In this document: positions 49,413-58,489 of the stretch, piece by piece | Numbering within the stretch: position 1 is the first letter of the stretch | Layout of the letters: every line of letters starts with the position of its first letter | Source: Candidatus Doudnabacteria bacterium | Lineage (GTDB): Bacteria > Patescibacteriota > Doudnabacteria > UBA920 | Assembly: GCA_963837465.1 (NCBI GenBank) | Contig: CAWINB010000004.1 | Span: 330,853-394,852 of the forward strand | Length of the DNA stretch: 64,000 nt | Direction: 5' to 3' | The notes under the pieces: model-generated | What the model saw: only the letters and a program-made list of their open reading frames with translations | The model's database searches: none | Told to the model about the DNA's origin: nothing | Position numbers and translations under genes: made by a program

Positions 49413-50210
49413 GAAACTTATGGTGTTGAGATTTCGCAGTCAGCGATTTCCGGCATCACGGATAAAGTTTTTCCACAAATGAAGGAATGGCAATCCAAAC
49501 CGCTGTCGTCATTATATCCGTTGCTTTATTTGGACGGTCTGTGGTTTAAAGTTAGGGATAGCGGCAAAATTGTAACCAAGTGTGCCTATATTGCTTTGGG
49601 TATTTGGATTTGCGAGAGCGAGGGCGCAAAATTTTGGTTACAGGTTTTGAGCGAGATAAAAAATCGGGGCGTGGAGTCTGTGCTTATTGCTTGCGTGGAC
49701 GGCTTGAAAAGTTTTCCCGAAGCTATTAAAACTGTGTTCCCGGAAGCCGAGGTGCAAGCCTGCATAGTTCACCAAATTCGTCACACCATAAAGTTCGTGT
49801 CCCACAAAGACCGAAAAACTTTATGCGAAGATTTAAAGAGCGTTTATGCTGCACCATCTGAGGTGGTTGGGTTACAGGCTTTGGAGGAGGTTAAGCAAAA
49901 GTGGCCCCAATACAGTTTCTGCTTAAACAAGTGGGAACAGAGATGGACTGACCTTGCGCCATTCTTTGGCTATCCCGAGCAGATTCGGCGGATAATGTAT
50001 ACCACTAACGCCATAGAAAACCTAAACCGCCAGTTTCGCAAAGTCACCAAGACCACGCAGGTCTTTCCGCACGATGACTCTCTGCTTAAATTGCTCTGGC
50101 TGGCGCAGGACGAGTTGGCAAGGAACTGGGTTATGCCCATGCATAACTGGGGTCAAATTATCACCCAGTTTGCTATCCTGTTTCCAGATAAAATAAATAC
50201 AGAAAATTAA
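49413..50210 (+). pseudogene. IS256-family (Mutator-type) transposase fragment
   Basis: YGVEISQSAISGITDKV...LYLDGLWFKVRD...ACVDGLKSFPEAI...CIVHQIRH...TTNAIENLNRQFRKVTK. The N-terminal part is missing and a segment after YIALGI appears to be deleted. The N-terminus of track ORF 49209 is antisense integrase sequence. Confidence 0.7.
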
Positions 50211-50382
50211 TTATTAACTGAACTTTCCCAAATTTGCCCGGCGGTAGAATAGCTCAAAAACCTTAAAGAATTTGGGCAAAATGGGCTATTTACAGCCTAT
50301 GTGGGTATCTCACTTGCAACAGTTTCGATTATATGTTAATATGGTTCTGAAAGATACGGTTAATCGTATCTAATGGAAACAT

Positions 50383-51003
50383 ATGCAGTTTTACGAACTT
50401 AAGGAACAATTAAAGGATTTTATGGTTTTTTCCTTAGCCGATATTCGGAAGGTAGAGCCGAAGTTTTACAGGCCACGCTTGAGTGAGTGGCAGGATAAGG
50501 GTTTGCTGAAGAACTTGCGCCGGGGCTTTTATATGTTCGCCGATACAAAGCTAAATGAAGAAACGTTTTTTTTAATCGCCAATAAGCTCTATGCGCCGTC
50601 CTACGTTTCCTTTGAAATGGCCTTGTCTTATTACAACTTAATTCCTGAAGGCGTATATTCCATAACTTCTGCTACGAGCAAGAAGACAGAAAAGTTTAAG
50701 ACGCCGGTTGGGGAATTTTCCTACCGCAGCTTAAAGCCGCAGCTGTTGTTTGGTTACAATTTGCAGGGCAACGGCAAGCAGCAATACAAGTTGGCGGAAA
50801 TTGAAAAGGCAGTTTTAGATTATCTTTACTTAAATCCAAAGTCTACCAGCAAGGCGGATTTGCAGGAGTGGAGATTTAATGCCCGGGAATTTTTAGCCCG
50901 AGCGGATATGGACAAGTTTAATAGGTATGTTAAAGTTTTTAATAGCCCAAGTTTGGAAAGACGGGCAAAGCAATTTATAAAGTTTATTAAGCAAGCACAA
51001 TAA
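50383..51003 (+). CDS. abiEi: AbiEi-like antitoxin/transcriptional regulator
   Basis: 206 aa immediately upstream of, and abutting, the AbiEii gene. The N-terminus is winged-helix-like. Confidence 0.6.
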   Translation: MQFYELKEQLKDFMVFSLADIRKVEPKFYRPRLSEWQDKGLLKNLRRGFYMFADTKLNEETFFLIANKLYAPSYVSFEMALSYYNLIPEGVYSITSATSKKTEKFKTPVGEFSYRSLKPQLLFGYNLQGNGKQQYKLAEIEKAVLDYLYLNPKSTSKADLQEWRFNAREFLARADMDKFNRYVKVFNSPSLERRAKQFIKFIKQAQ

Positions 51004-51779
51004 TGCTGACTTTAGAACAAATTGAACAGCAGTATCCGGAAAACTTACGAGGCTTTAAGCGTTCGCTGCTTCGGGAGTATTTGCAGTATAAGATTTTAGA
51101 AATTATTTTTGCCTCTGAGTATGCCACCAAGTTAGTTTTTATCGGCGGCACGGCTTTAAGGATAGTTCACGACAACAGTCGTTTTTCGGAAGATGTGGAC
51201 TTTGATAATTTCGGATTAACGGCAGCCGAGTTTGAGGAGACATCGCAAAAGGTTAAGGCAGGACTTACAGCGGAAGGGTTTAATGTTGAAATAGGCTTTA
51301 GGGGTAAGGAATCCTACCGCTGTGATGTAAAGTTTCCCGGCTTACTCTTTGGGAGCGGACTTTCGCAGCACGAAGGCGAAAAGATACTGGTGCAAATAGA
51401 TAGTTTATCCCAAGGCTTTAGCTATAAGCCTGAACGTAAGATATTAAACAAGTTTGATGTTTTTACGGAAATTTTTACCCCTTCGCCCGAGTTATTACTA
51501 TCTCAAAAGATTAACGCTATTTTTACACGGAAGCGGGCAAAGGGCAGGGACTTTTATGATGTTGTGTTTTTACTATCCTTTACAAAGCCAAACTATCAGT
51601 TTTTGACGCAAAAGTGGGGAATTGAGAATGGTGAGGGATTAAGAGCAAAGCTAATGGAAATGGCTTCCAAGCTCGATTTTAAGGATTTGGCACGGGATGT
51701 AGAGCCGTTTCTATTCAATCCGAGTGACAGTAAGAAGGTTGAGTTATTCGCGGATTTTATTAAGCAAGCTAAGTTGTAA
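51003..51779 (+). CDS. abiEii: AbiEii/DUF1814 nucleotidyltransferase toxin
   Basis: LREYLQYKILEIIF...LVFIGGTALRIVHDNSRFSEDVDFD is the AbiEii pattern. Confidence 0.75.
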   Translation: MLTLEQIEQQYPENLRGFKRSLLREYLQYKILEIIFASEYATKLVFIGGTALRIVHDNSRFSEDVDFDNFGLTAAEFEETSQKVKAGLTAEGFNVEIGFRGKESYRCDVKFPGLLFGSGLSQHEGEKILVQIDSLSQGFSYKPERKILNKFDVFTEIFTPSPELLLSQKINAIFTRKRAKGRDFYDVVFLLSFTKPNYQFLTQKWGIENGEGLRAKLMEMASKLDFKDLARDVEPFLFNPSDSKKVELFADFIKQAKL

Positions 51780-51784
51780 GTTAG

Positions 51785-51858
51785 CAATTAATTGATCTTT
51801 TAAATTTTTAATACAGTAGTAGTTTGTCAGGCAATTTCCGTTTACAACGGCTCAGAAA
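51785..51858 (+). repeat. Right-end repeat R1, copy b
   Basis: Nearly identical to 34588-34662. Confidence 0.85.
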
Positions 51859-51865
51859 CACCTCC
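51859..51865 (+). repeat. att core copy 5 (cacctcc followed by ctccggctaca)
   Basis: Heptamer preceded by ...ggctcagaaa. Followed by a short left end with the terminator cccgctc gtaatt gagaggg ttttt. Confidence 0.6.
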
Positions 51866-52033
51866 CTCCGGCTACAGAAAATGCAAATACAGAAACTGTC
51901 CAAGAATGAAATCGCCCGCTCGTAATTGAGAGGGTTTTTGATTATAAGAGACCGATGGGTTGTGGTTCATGTTACCTCTGGACAGTTTTCGGCCGTAGGT
52001 TATAATTAAGGCAAGATATTAACTAATTATTAT

Positions 52034-52891
52034 ATGGGGACTTATGCAGGAGGCAGGCCAGGTGGAGAAGTTGACCCGGGGCTTATTGCCGGTCAAATTT
52101 TGGACAAATCAAAAAAAGGCGAAAGCAAACAGAAACAGCCTTTAGCCGAGGCTCTTGCTGATAAGGCATTATCGCGAGACCAGATGTTTCAAAAGCTGTA
52201 TAGTATGGTGCCAGCAATGGAACGCTATGCCGAATCACGGCTCGGCAGCCATAAAGCCAATGCGGCCGACATTGTGAGCAAGGCCATGGCCTACGTGATT
52301 CAGAGTGCAAGCGTTACCTTTTGGGTGCTTATTTCCGGAAATTTTTTTACGAAAAAACTTAATCAAAATCGCAATGTTCAAGAAATACGCGTGTTTTGAA
52401 ATTTTCATTTCAACACACACATATCCCTTGAAGCAACTTAACTAGTTAAACCACGATTTTTTGTCTTAATTGTGTTTTAAAAATACAATCTCACGCACCC
52501 AAAAGGTAACGCTCTCATTCAGAGTATAGATAACGGGGTTTTTCGGTTTAATGCGCCGTTGAGCAGTTGGTTTAAAATCTCGGTAAATGGGCGCATCCAG
52601 GATCGTTTTCGGTCGGCAACTAACGACCCCTTGGATCGAGCGGAAAGCATGGATGCGCCTATGGAGTCGGCAAAAGGGGATGAAAGCTATCGCCAGTATG
52701 CTGATTCTACTCCAAATATCGAGGAAAAGTTGGTGGCACAATCCAACGAACAGGCGCTTAAAAGAGGTATCGCCGTGCTCCTAAAACAGAACCAAAAACT
52801 TGGCGACGTTATGAGTTTGGTTGCCGACGGTTTAACCAACCAAGAAATCGCTGAGCGGCTAGGCGTTAATAGCAACCAAGTCAAAGTATAA
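52034..52891 (+). pseudogene. Sigma-70-family/LuxR-HTH-like regulator gene, split by a MITE and truncated by IS3
   Basis: Removing 52307-52525 fuses 52034..52306 to 52526..52891 in frame. The region-4-like ...LVADGLTNQEIAERLGVNSNQVKV stops abruptly at the IS3 end. Confidence 0.6.
52307..52516. mobile_element. MITE (210 bp) with 22-bp terminal inverted repeats and a 9-bp target duplication
   Basis: gcaagcgttaccttttgggtgc (52307-52328) vs gcacccaaaaggtaacgctctc (52495-52516), 20/22 complementary. Flanked by attcagagt at 52298-52306 and 52517-52525. The AT-rich interior has no ORF. Confidence 0.8.
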
Positions 52892-52965
52892 TGGACTGGG
52901 AATCCTGTACAGGTATATTAGATAGAAAATCGGGGGTATAATACTGTCAGGAAGGAATAACAAAA

Positions 52966-53256
52966 ATGAAAAAGGTGTTTACCCCGCAGCAGAAAGCTGC
53001 GGTAGCCCTGGAGGCCATTAAGGGCGAATTAACAATTGCACAGATTGCCAGTCAATACGAAGTTCATCCCACTCAGATCGCAGTCTGGAAGAAACAGGCC
53101 ATAGAGATTTTAAAGGCCGGCTTTACCGATAAGCGTAAAAAGGAAAATTTTGACCAGCAGAGGATAACTGATGACCTCTACAAGACCATCGGCCAGCGCG
53201 ACATGGAGCTGGCCTGGCTTAAAAAAAAGTTGCAGCCATTTGGACTTTCAGACTAA
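52966..53256 (+). CDS. IS3-family transposase OrfA (HTH)
   Basis: MKKVFTPQQKAAVALEAIKGELTIAQIASQYEVHPTQIAVWKKQ... plus a leucine-zipper-like end. Confidence 0.8.
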   Translation: MKKVFTPQQKAAVALEAIKGELTIAQIASQYEVHPTQIAVWKKQAIEILKAGFTDKRKKENFDQQRITDDLYKTIGQRDMELAWLKKKLQPFGLSD

Positions 53257-53701
53257 ACAGAATTTAATTATTCCCGGTCTCCAAGGCCTTTCCATTGCCA
53301 GGCAAGCAAAGCTCCTTAATATTTCCCGCTCCGGTTTTTACTACAAGCCCGCGTCCCTAAGCCCTGAAGAAATTCGCATCATGGGCTGTATAGATAAAAT
53401 CTTTACCGATTGCCCATTCTACGGCTCCCGCAGGATCAAGCACGAGCTGGAAAGTCAGCCGTACAAAATTTTCATCTGTCGAGAGCATGTGCAACATCTT
53501 ATGCGCCAGATGGGACTGGAAGCTATATATCCAAAAAAAATTACTACCATACCTAACCTGCAGCACCTTAAATACCCCTACTTGTTAAAAAATTTGCCTA
53601 TTGTGAGGCCTAACCAGGTCTGGGGCACGGATATTACCTACATTAAGCTACTCGGCGGCTTCTGTTATTTAGTCGCCTTACTGGACTGGTTTTCCCGATA
53701 C
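53228..53701 (+). pseudogene. IS3-family transposase OrfB, truncated after the first catalytic Asp region
   Basis: Track ORF 53171..54139 is a chimera. Transposase similarity ends near 53701, and residues from GEYRDTKNQ onward are unrelated. Confidence 0.7.
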
Positions 53702-54227
53702 GGGGAATATAGGGATACAAAAAATCAACCGTACATAGAACTGCAAAAATCCGGGTGGAAAGGTGAATTAGGTCAAGAGCTAAAAAATAGATTTAGCTCT
53801 GCCTCTGAACAATCGCATGCAAACTTGTTTAAAATGATGTTTTGGAGAGGCTCAAGAACAGAAAAAGAAAATGGTCAATTTAAGATAGTAGATCGTTTTG
53901 AATTTTTTGACAATCCAAACCCGCCAGATTGGATGATAACTAACCTCCACTGGCTGATAGACACCTCTTTTACCATACTGATTTTGTTGTCAGAAACTTT
54001 TCAGGAACCTCAAAAAAACAGTGATTTTAAAAAAGCAGTACAGACTAAATATTCAAAGTATAAAAAATACATACTTGAGAACCAGGACAAAATATTGATT
54101 AGACATAAGCTCACATATATTCCAGAAGAAGAAGTTTAATTTTTTGGTCAAACTCCACTGTCGATATTTTATAATTGATTTGTTATGACCGTTGGTTGTT
54201 TTTTAAAATTTTTGTTATAGTTTTATC

Positions 54228-54483
54228 GGAGTAGTGAGAGTTGGTGTTTTTAGCCCTTTTGGCTAAAACACTGCCGTGTAATAAGTCCGCCATCCGCCTT
54301 GTGCGGTGGATTTGCCCGAGTAGGGTGAAAGGTGCGGTTAAAAGCGGCAGTGGCTTACGGGTCCACCAAGAGTTCAGCCGAGCAATAACTGGAGCAAAAC
54401 CGAGGGCTGGAAAGCGAAATAGGATTTTCCTCTCGCTTGCTACTCCCGCAAAGAACTTCCAATTTTGGGAGTTTTTTGTTTTT
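54228..54483 (+). ncRNA. Candidate ~255-nt structured RNA ending in an intrinsic terminator
   Basis: Extended -10 tgttatagt at 54213-54221. Stems gtgttttagcc/ggctaaaacac, ctgccg...cggcag and cagcc...ggctg. Terminator aacttcc aatttt gggagtt plus a T-run at 54454-54483. The overlapping 83-aa ORF looks non-genic. Confidence 0.3.
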
Positions 54484-54543
54484 AAACAATAGGGAATATG
54501 GAGGTATTGTTATAAACACCTCATTTTGTGGTATAGTATAGGT

Positions 54544-55152
54544 ATGAAAATGTTGCTTGAATTTGACTACAAAAAAGCCACCCAAGCGATAAACTACCTC
54601 ACAAAAAAAGAGGGCGGACAGATTGATAAACTGAAACTCATTAAGCTTGTCTACCTCGCAGATAGGTATCACTTGCGGCGATATGGTCGGCCGATGGTCA
54701 ACGATGCCTATTTTGCCATGCCTCTCGGCCCAGTTGGTTCATCCGTAAAAGACATTGCGGAGTTTTCTGGTTTTCTTGATGGGTCAGAACTAACCTATGC
54801 TGTAACATATTTGGGACGCGGGGGCGTTGAAAATACAGTGGTGTCCATAGCAGATGTTGATACGGGAGTTTTTTCAAAGAGCGAAATCGAAGCTCTTGAT
54901 TTTGCCTATAATGAGTTTGGCGGACAATCAGCCCCGTCTTTAGTAAATATTACACATCGCTATCCGGAATGGGATAAATTTAAGAGTGCGCTCCAATCAA
55001 AAGAAACAACCCGTGAGCCGATGTCTTATACTGATTTTTTTAAAAACCCCATCAATGGGACAGAAGATAAATTTGTCCTCTCAAGTGACATACTTGCGGC
55101 TTCCAAAGAACTTTTTGATGAAGACTACAAGATTGCCGAATACTGGAGATAA
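54544..55152 (+). CDS. Panacea-domain (DUF4065, SocA/PanA-like) protein
   Basis: IDKLKLIKLVYLADRYHLRRYGRPMVNDAYFAMPLGPVGSSV...THRYPEW fits the DUF4065 pattern. Confidence 0.7.
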   Translation: MKMLLEFDYKKATQAINYLTKKEGGQIDKLKLIKLVYLADRYHLRRYGRPMVNDAYFAMPLGPVGSSVKDIAEFSGFLDGSELTYAVTYLGRGGVENTVVSIADVDTGVFSKSEIEALDFAYNEFGGQSAPSLVNITHRYPEWDKFKSALQSKETTREPMSYTDFFKNPINGTEDKFVLSSDILAASKELFDEDYKIAEYWR

Positions 55153-55174
55153 ACGGGATAACCGATATACGGAT

Positions 55175-55627
55175 ATGAAAATCCCAGCGCACATTCGCAT
55201 TTTAGCGACAATACAACCTGGCTCGATTTATTATTTTGAAGAAGAGCAACTCTCTTCACCAGAGCCGCACTACTTCATAGTTTTGAATAAAGACCCGCTC
55301 ACAGAGGAATTTCTTATTCTTGTTTGCGCTTCTTCCCAAGTTGAGAAGCGTCGGCAGATAGCAATAAAGCTGGGCTTTCCAAAAGAAACTTTGGTATTTG
55401 TATCACCATCCGAATGCTCGCTTTTCACAAAGGATACCGTTATAGATTGCAACAGGGTTTTTGAAAAAACTTCGCAGTCTCTCATTGAAAAACTTGAGCA
55501 AGAGAATCTCAAAGTATGCGCAGAAGTAATTGCCACAGAGATTATCGCCAAACTGATACAGGGAGTGTTGGCAAGCTCGCAAGTATCCGAAAAGATACAG
55601 CAATTACTCTTAAATCATACCAACTAA
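55175..55627 (+). CDS. Hypothetical protein, candidate toxin partner of the Panacea protein
   Basis: 150 aa from the ATG at 55175, 22 nt after the Panacea gene. No motif recognised. Confidence 0.4.
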   Translation: MKIPAHIRILATIQPGSIYYFEEEQLSSPEPHYFIVLNKDPLTEEFLILVCASSQVEKRRQIAIKLGFPKETLVFVSPSECSLFTKDTVIDCNRVFEKTSQSLIEKLEQENLKVCAEVIATEIIAKLIQGVLASSQVSEKIQQLLLNHTN

Positions 55628-56072
55628 GCCCCGGGCTTAAAAATCCTATGCATAGTCAGCCAGCGTAAACTTTAGCAAACCTTGTTCGAACCTCTCTGCA
55701 GGTGGCGAGCCACATGGGACGAACAACCTCGAAAGAGGGGGTTCGTCCTTTGTTTATCGATGGATTCTTTTGTTCGAACCTTGCAGATGCCTTTGGTTCT
55801 TGCTTGATGCCATTTTTTATTATTTCCAGCTCTTCAGGCAAGCAAACATTGAGGATTTTGTTGATTAGGGTTGTGTTCGAACCTAATTCCGAAAGTATCT
55901 CTCGTTTCTTTTTAATATCGCCGTGCTTCAACAAATATTTGGCTTGGAACACAAAATCACCGTACGGCAGTGGCGACACCAAATTGTAGTAGAACCTAAA
56001 TTAACAAAATAAATCTCTCTTGCCTGAAGAGAGATTATTGGTGTTAGTTTTGGTTTTGGTAGATTTTTTGGT

Positions 56073-56348
56073 TTAGCCATTGGCTTGGACAATTTTTTGC
56101 AGATCGAGAGGTTCGTCTTTTTTTGCGTTTTTCATTGGCGCGGTATCGTATACATATTTAAGCAACGAATCCAAGGTAAACGAACCAAACTGTTTTATTA
56201 TGGTATCAACGATGTCTTTTTTTACCGGTGCTATATTCAACTCTACTGGCTTGCCGGTATATTGGAAAAGAAAATAGACTTCATCGGGATGGGATACTTT
56301 ATTTTGTTGTTTGACCTCAATAAATTTATGGGCTTCAAGTGGGCACAG
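56073..56348 (-). pseudogene. C-terminal fragment of a second Panacea-domain protein
   Basis: The startless minus-strand reading ...APVKKDIVDTIIKQFGSFTLDSLLKYVYDTAPMKNAKKDEPLDL parallels EIEALDFAYNEFGGQSAPSLVNITHRYPEW of the intact copy. Confidence 0.35.
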
Positions 56349-56587
56349 TCATAGTTGAAAGTCAGGGATGAAAAGCAATTCCGAAGCACCAAGTTTTTGC
56401 CAGCCGGGGCCGACATAAAAACTTCACAGTTCATTTATGGTAATACCCTGGCTATTATTTCCCTCAATAAGCGCAAGCCCGTAGCCATAATCATGGAAGA
56501 CCCGGATAGTGGATGTTACCAATCTGCCGCGAGGAACCTTTATTGAATCGTGTTATAATAAAGGAAATTAACCCATTAGAAATAAAT

Positions 56588-57043
56588 ATGAAAATCCATA
56601 CCCAGACTGATAAAGAGAGGCAGCAGCAGTTAAAGCTGTTTTATGATTTCATAAGATCGCACAAGCTGGCGGTTATGGCTACGGTAACCGGAAGCGCTTT
56701 GCCTGAAGCTGCGGTGGTAGGCATTGGGGTGGAGGAAAACTTGCAATTGCTTTGCAGCACTTTCAGCACCTCCAGGAAATATGAAAATATTAAACTGAAT
56801 CCGAAAGTCGCGTTGGTCATTGGCTGGGAACACGGTAAAACGGTGCAGTACGAGGGGACGGCCGAGGAGTTAAGTATTGAGCAGGCCGAAGAAAATCCGC
56901 TGCGGGACGGATTGGAAAAAATACCGGCCATTGCCAAGTATGTACAAAGGGAATACGGCGTGTTCTATAAAATTAAGCCAGAGTGGGTTAGAATGAGCGA
57001 TTTATCGGTAGACCCATGGGAACGGTTTGAAATTAAGTTTTAA
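56588..57043 (+). CDS. Pyridoxamine 5'-phosphate oxidase-family (FMN-binding split barrel) protein
   Basis: LAVMATVTGSALPEAAVVG...KVALVIGWEHGKTVQYEGTAEEL pattern. The ATG at 56588 is preferred. Confidence 0.6.
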   Translation: MKIHTQTDKERQQQLKLFYDFIRSHKLAVMATVTGSALPEAAVVGIGVEENLQLLCSTFSTSRKYENIKLNPKVALVIGWEHGKTVQYEGTAEELSIEQAEENPLRDGLEKIPAIAKYVQREYGVFYKIKPEWVRMSDLSVDPWERFEIKF

Positions 57044-57080
57044 CTAAAAATAATTAAGAACCTGTTTTAAAACAAAACAT

Positions 57081-57638
57081 ATGAACGAAACACAAAATGT
57101 TGTGCAAATCCCCGAGCCGGCCTTGTCGCGGTTTTTATTCGCCGACAGCCGCTTTGCCTGGTTCTGGCTTATCGTCAGGTTGTATGTCGGCTGGCAGTGG
57201 CTTTCGGCAGCTTGGGAAAAATTCAACAGCCCCATGTGGGTGGGTAGTCAGGCTGGTGTTGCCATTAAAGGCTTTCTTATGGGTGCCGTGCAAAAAGCTG
57301 CCGGAGCTCATCCTGACGTTTCCGGATGGTATGCTGCTTTTTTGCAGAACTTTGCCATTCCCCACGCCGCGGCTTTTTCTTATGTGGTAACTTATGGCGA
57401 ATTGTTGGTAGGAATTGCCTTGATTTTGGGCGTGCTTACGGGTATAGCGGCTTTCTTTGGCACGTTTATGAACTTGAATTATTTGTTTGCCGGAACCGTC
57501 AGCATCAATCCTTTATTGGCCGTATTAGGATTGTTCTTGATTTTGGCTTGGCGCACAGCAGGCTGGTACGGGCTGGACCGCTGGTTGTTGCCAACCTTGG
57601 GCACGCCTTGGCAAGCAGGCAAAATATTTAAAGGTTAA
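57081..57638 (+). CDS. DoxX-family membrane protein
   Basis: Four TM helices. RLYVGWQWLSAAWEKF and YGELLVGIALILGVLTGIAAFFG are typical of DoxX/DoxD. Confidence 0.65.
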   Translation: MNETQNVVQIPEPALSRFLFADSRFAWFWLIVRLYVGWQWLSAAWEKFNSPMWVGSQAGVAIKGFLMGAVQKAAGAHPDVSGWYAAFLQNFAIPHAAAFSYVVTYGELLVGIALILGVLTGIAAFFGTFMNLNYLFAGTVSINPLLAVLGLFLILAWRTAGWYGLDRWLLPTLGTPWQAGKIFKG

Positions 57639-57678
57639 TAGGTTCTAGAAAAAATTAATCTTTACTATAATATGCAAT

Positions 57679-58470
57679 ATGCAACCATCCTTACAACAGC
57701 TTATAAACCTTAAAGACAAAACTGCCGTTGTTACCGGCGGCGCTATGGGCATTGGCTTTGGTATCGCGTATCGGCTTGCAGAAGCCGGAGCCAATGTAGT
57801 TGTCGCGGATATGAATGAGAAAGTTGGCAAGGCTTCAGCAAAGCAATTGGCTGATAAAGGCTGGAAAGCCGGCTTTGTCAAGGTTGATGTCTCTGATGAT
57901 TTGCAGGTAGGGGCGGCAGTGGAATTTGCCCGCAAAACCTACGGCGGCATTGATATTTTAGTCAATGACGCCGGCATTTATCCCATAGCTCCGATCATGC
58001 AAATGGCTGTGAAGGATTTTGAGAAAGTCCTTGCCGTAAATTTAAAGAGTGTTTTTCTTTTTACCAAAGCCGTGGCGCAAGTTATGATAGAGGACGGCAA
58101 GGGCGGTAAAATTATAAACATCACTTCCGTGGACGCTCTCCATCCTTCTTCGGTGGGTTTGGCTGTTTATGACGCTTCAAAGCATGGGCTGTGGGGTTTT
58201 ACCAAAAATACCGCCTTAGAACTGGCGCCGCATAACATTCAGGTTAATGCCATAGCCCCGGGCGGTATCGCTACACCCGGCACAGGAGCGGGCCAAGCGC
58301 AAACTCCGCAAATAGAGGCAGTCACCAAAGAATTTTTGAAAAAAATTCCCATGAAGCGCATGGGTGATCCCGACGACATCGGCAAAGTCGCCCTGTTCCT
58401 TGCTTCCGACCTTTCCAGCTACATGACCGGGTCACAGGTAGTGGTTGACGGAGGAGTTTTGCTGGCCTGA
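57679..58470 (+). CDS. Short-chain dehydrogenase/reductase (FabG-like)
   Basis: TGGAMGIGFG (cofactor site), NDAG, YDASKHG (catalytic Y-x3-K). Confidence 0.85.
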   Translation: MQPSLQQLINLKDKTAVVTGGAMGIGFGIAYRLAEAGANVVVADMNEKVGKASAKQLADKGWKAGFVKVDVSDDLQVGAAVEFARKTYGGIDILVNDAGIYPIAPIMQMAVKDFEKVLAVNLKSVFLFTKAVAQVMIEDGKGGKIINITSVDALHPSSVGLAVYDASKHGLWGFTKNTALELAPHNIQVNAIAPGGIATPGTGAGQAQTPQIEAVTKEFLKKIPMKRMGDPDDIGKVALFLASDLSSYMTGSQVVVDGGVLLA

Positions 58471-58489
58471 TAAATTATTATATAATCGC

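Larger units (their letters stand above)
47721..51858 (+). mobile_element. Integrative unit U4 (about 4.1 kb, decayed)
   Basis: Carries a class A integrase, a truncated class B integrase, an IS256 fragment, an AbiE pair and an R1 right end. Confidence 0.5.
52892..53701 (+). mobile_element. IS3-family element, 3'-truncated
   Basis: Starts tggactggg.... OrfA, then the A AAA AAG frameshift site at 53221-53229, then orfB up to ...VWGTDITYIKL...LVALLDWFSRY. Unrelated sequence follows. Confidence 0.75.

Noticed and set aside
55682-55884. gttcgaacc motifs as tRNA T-loops
   Set aside because: The flanking bases do not form T-stems or acceptor stems, and no cloverleaf can be drawn. I found no tRNA gene anywhere in the window by eye.
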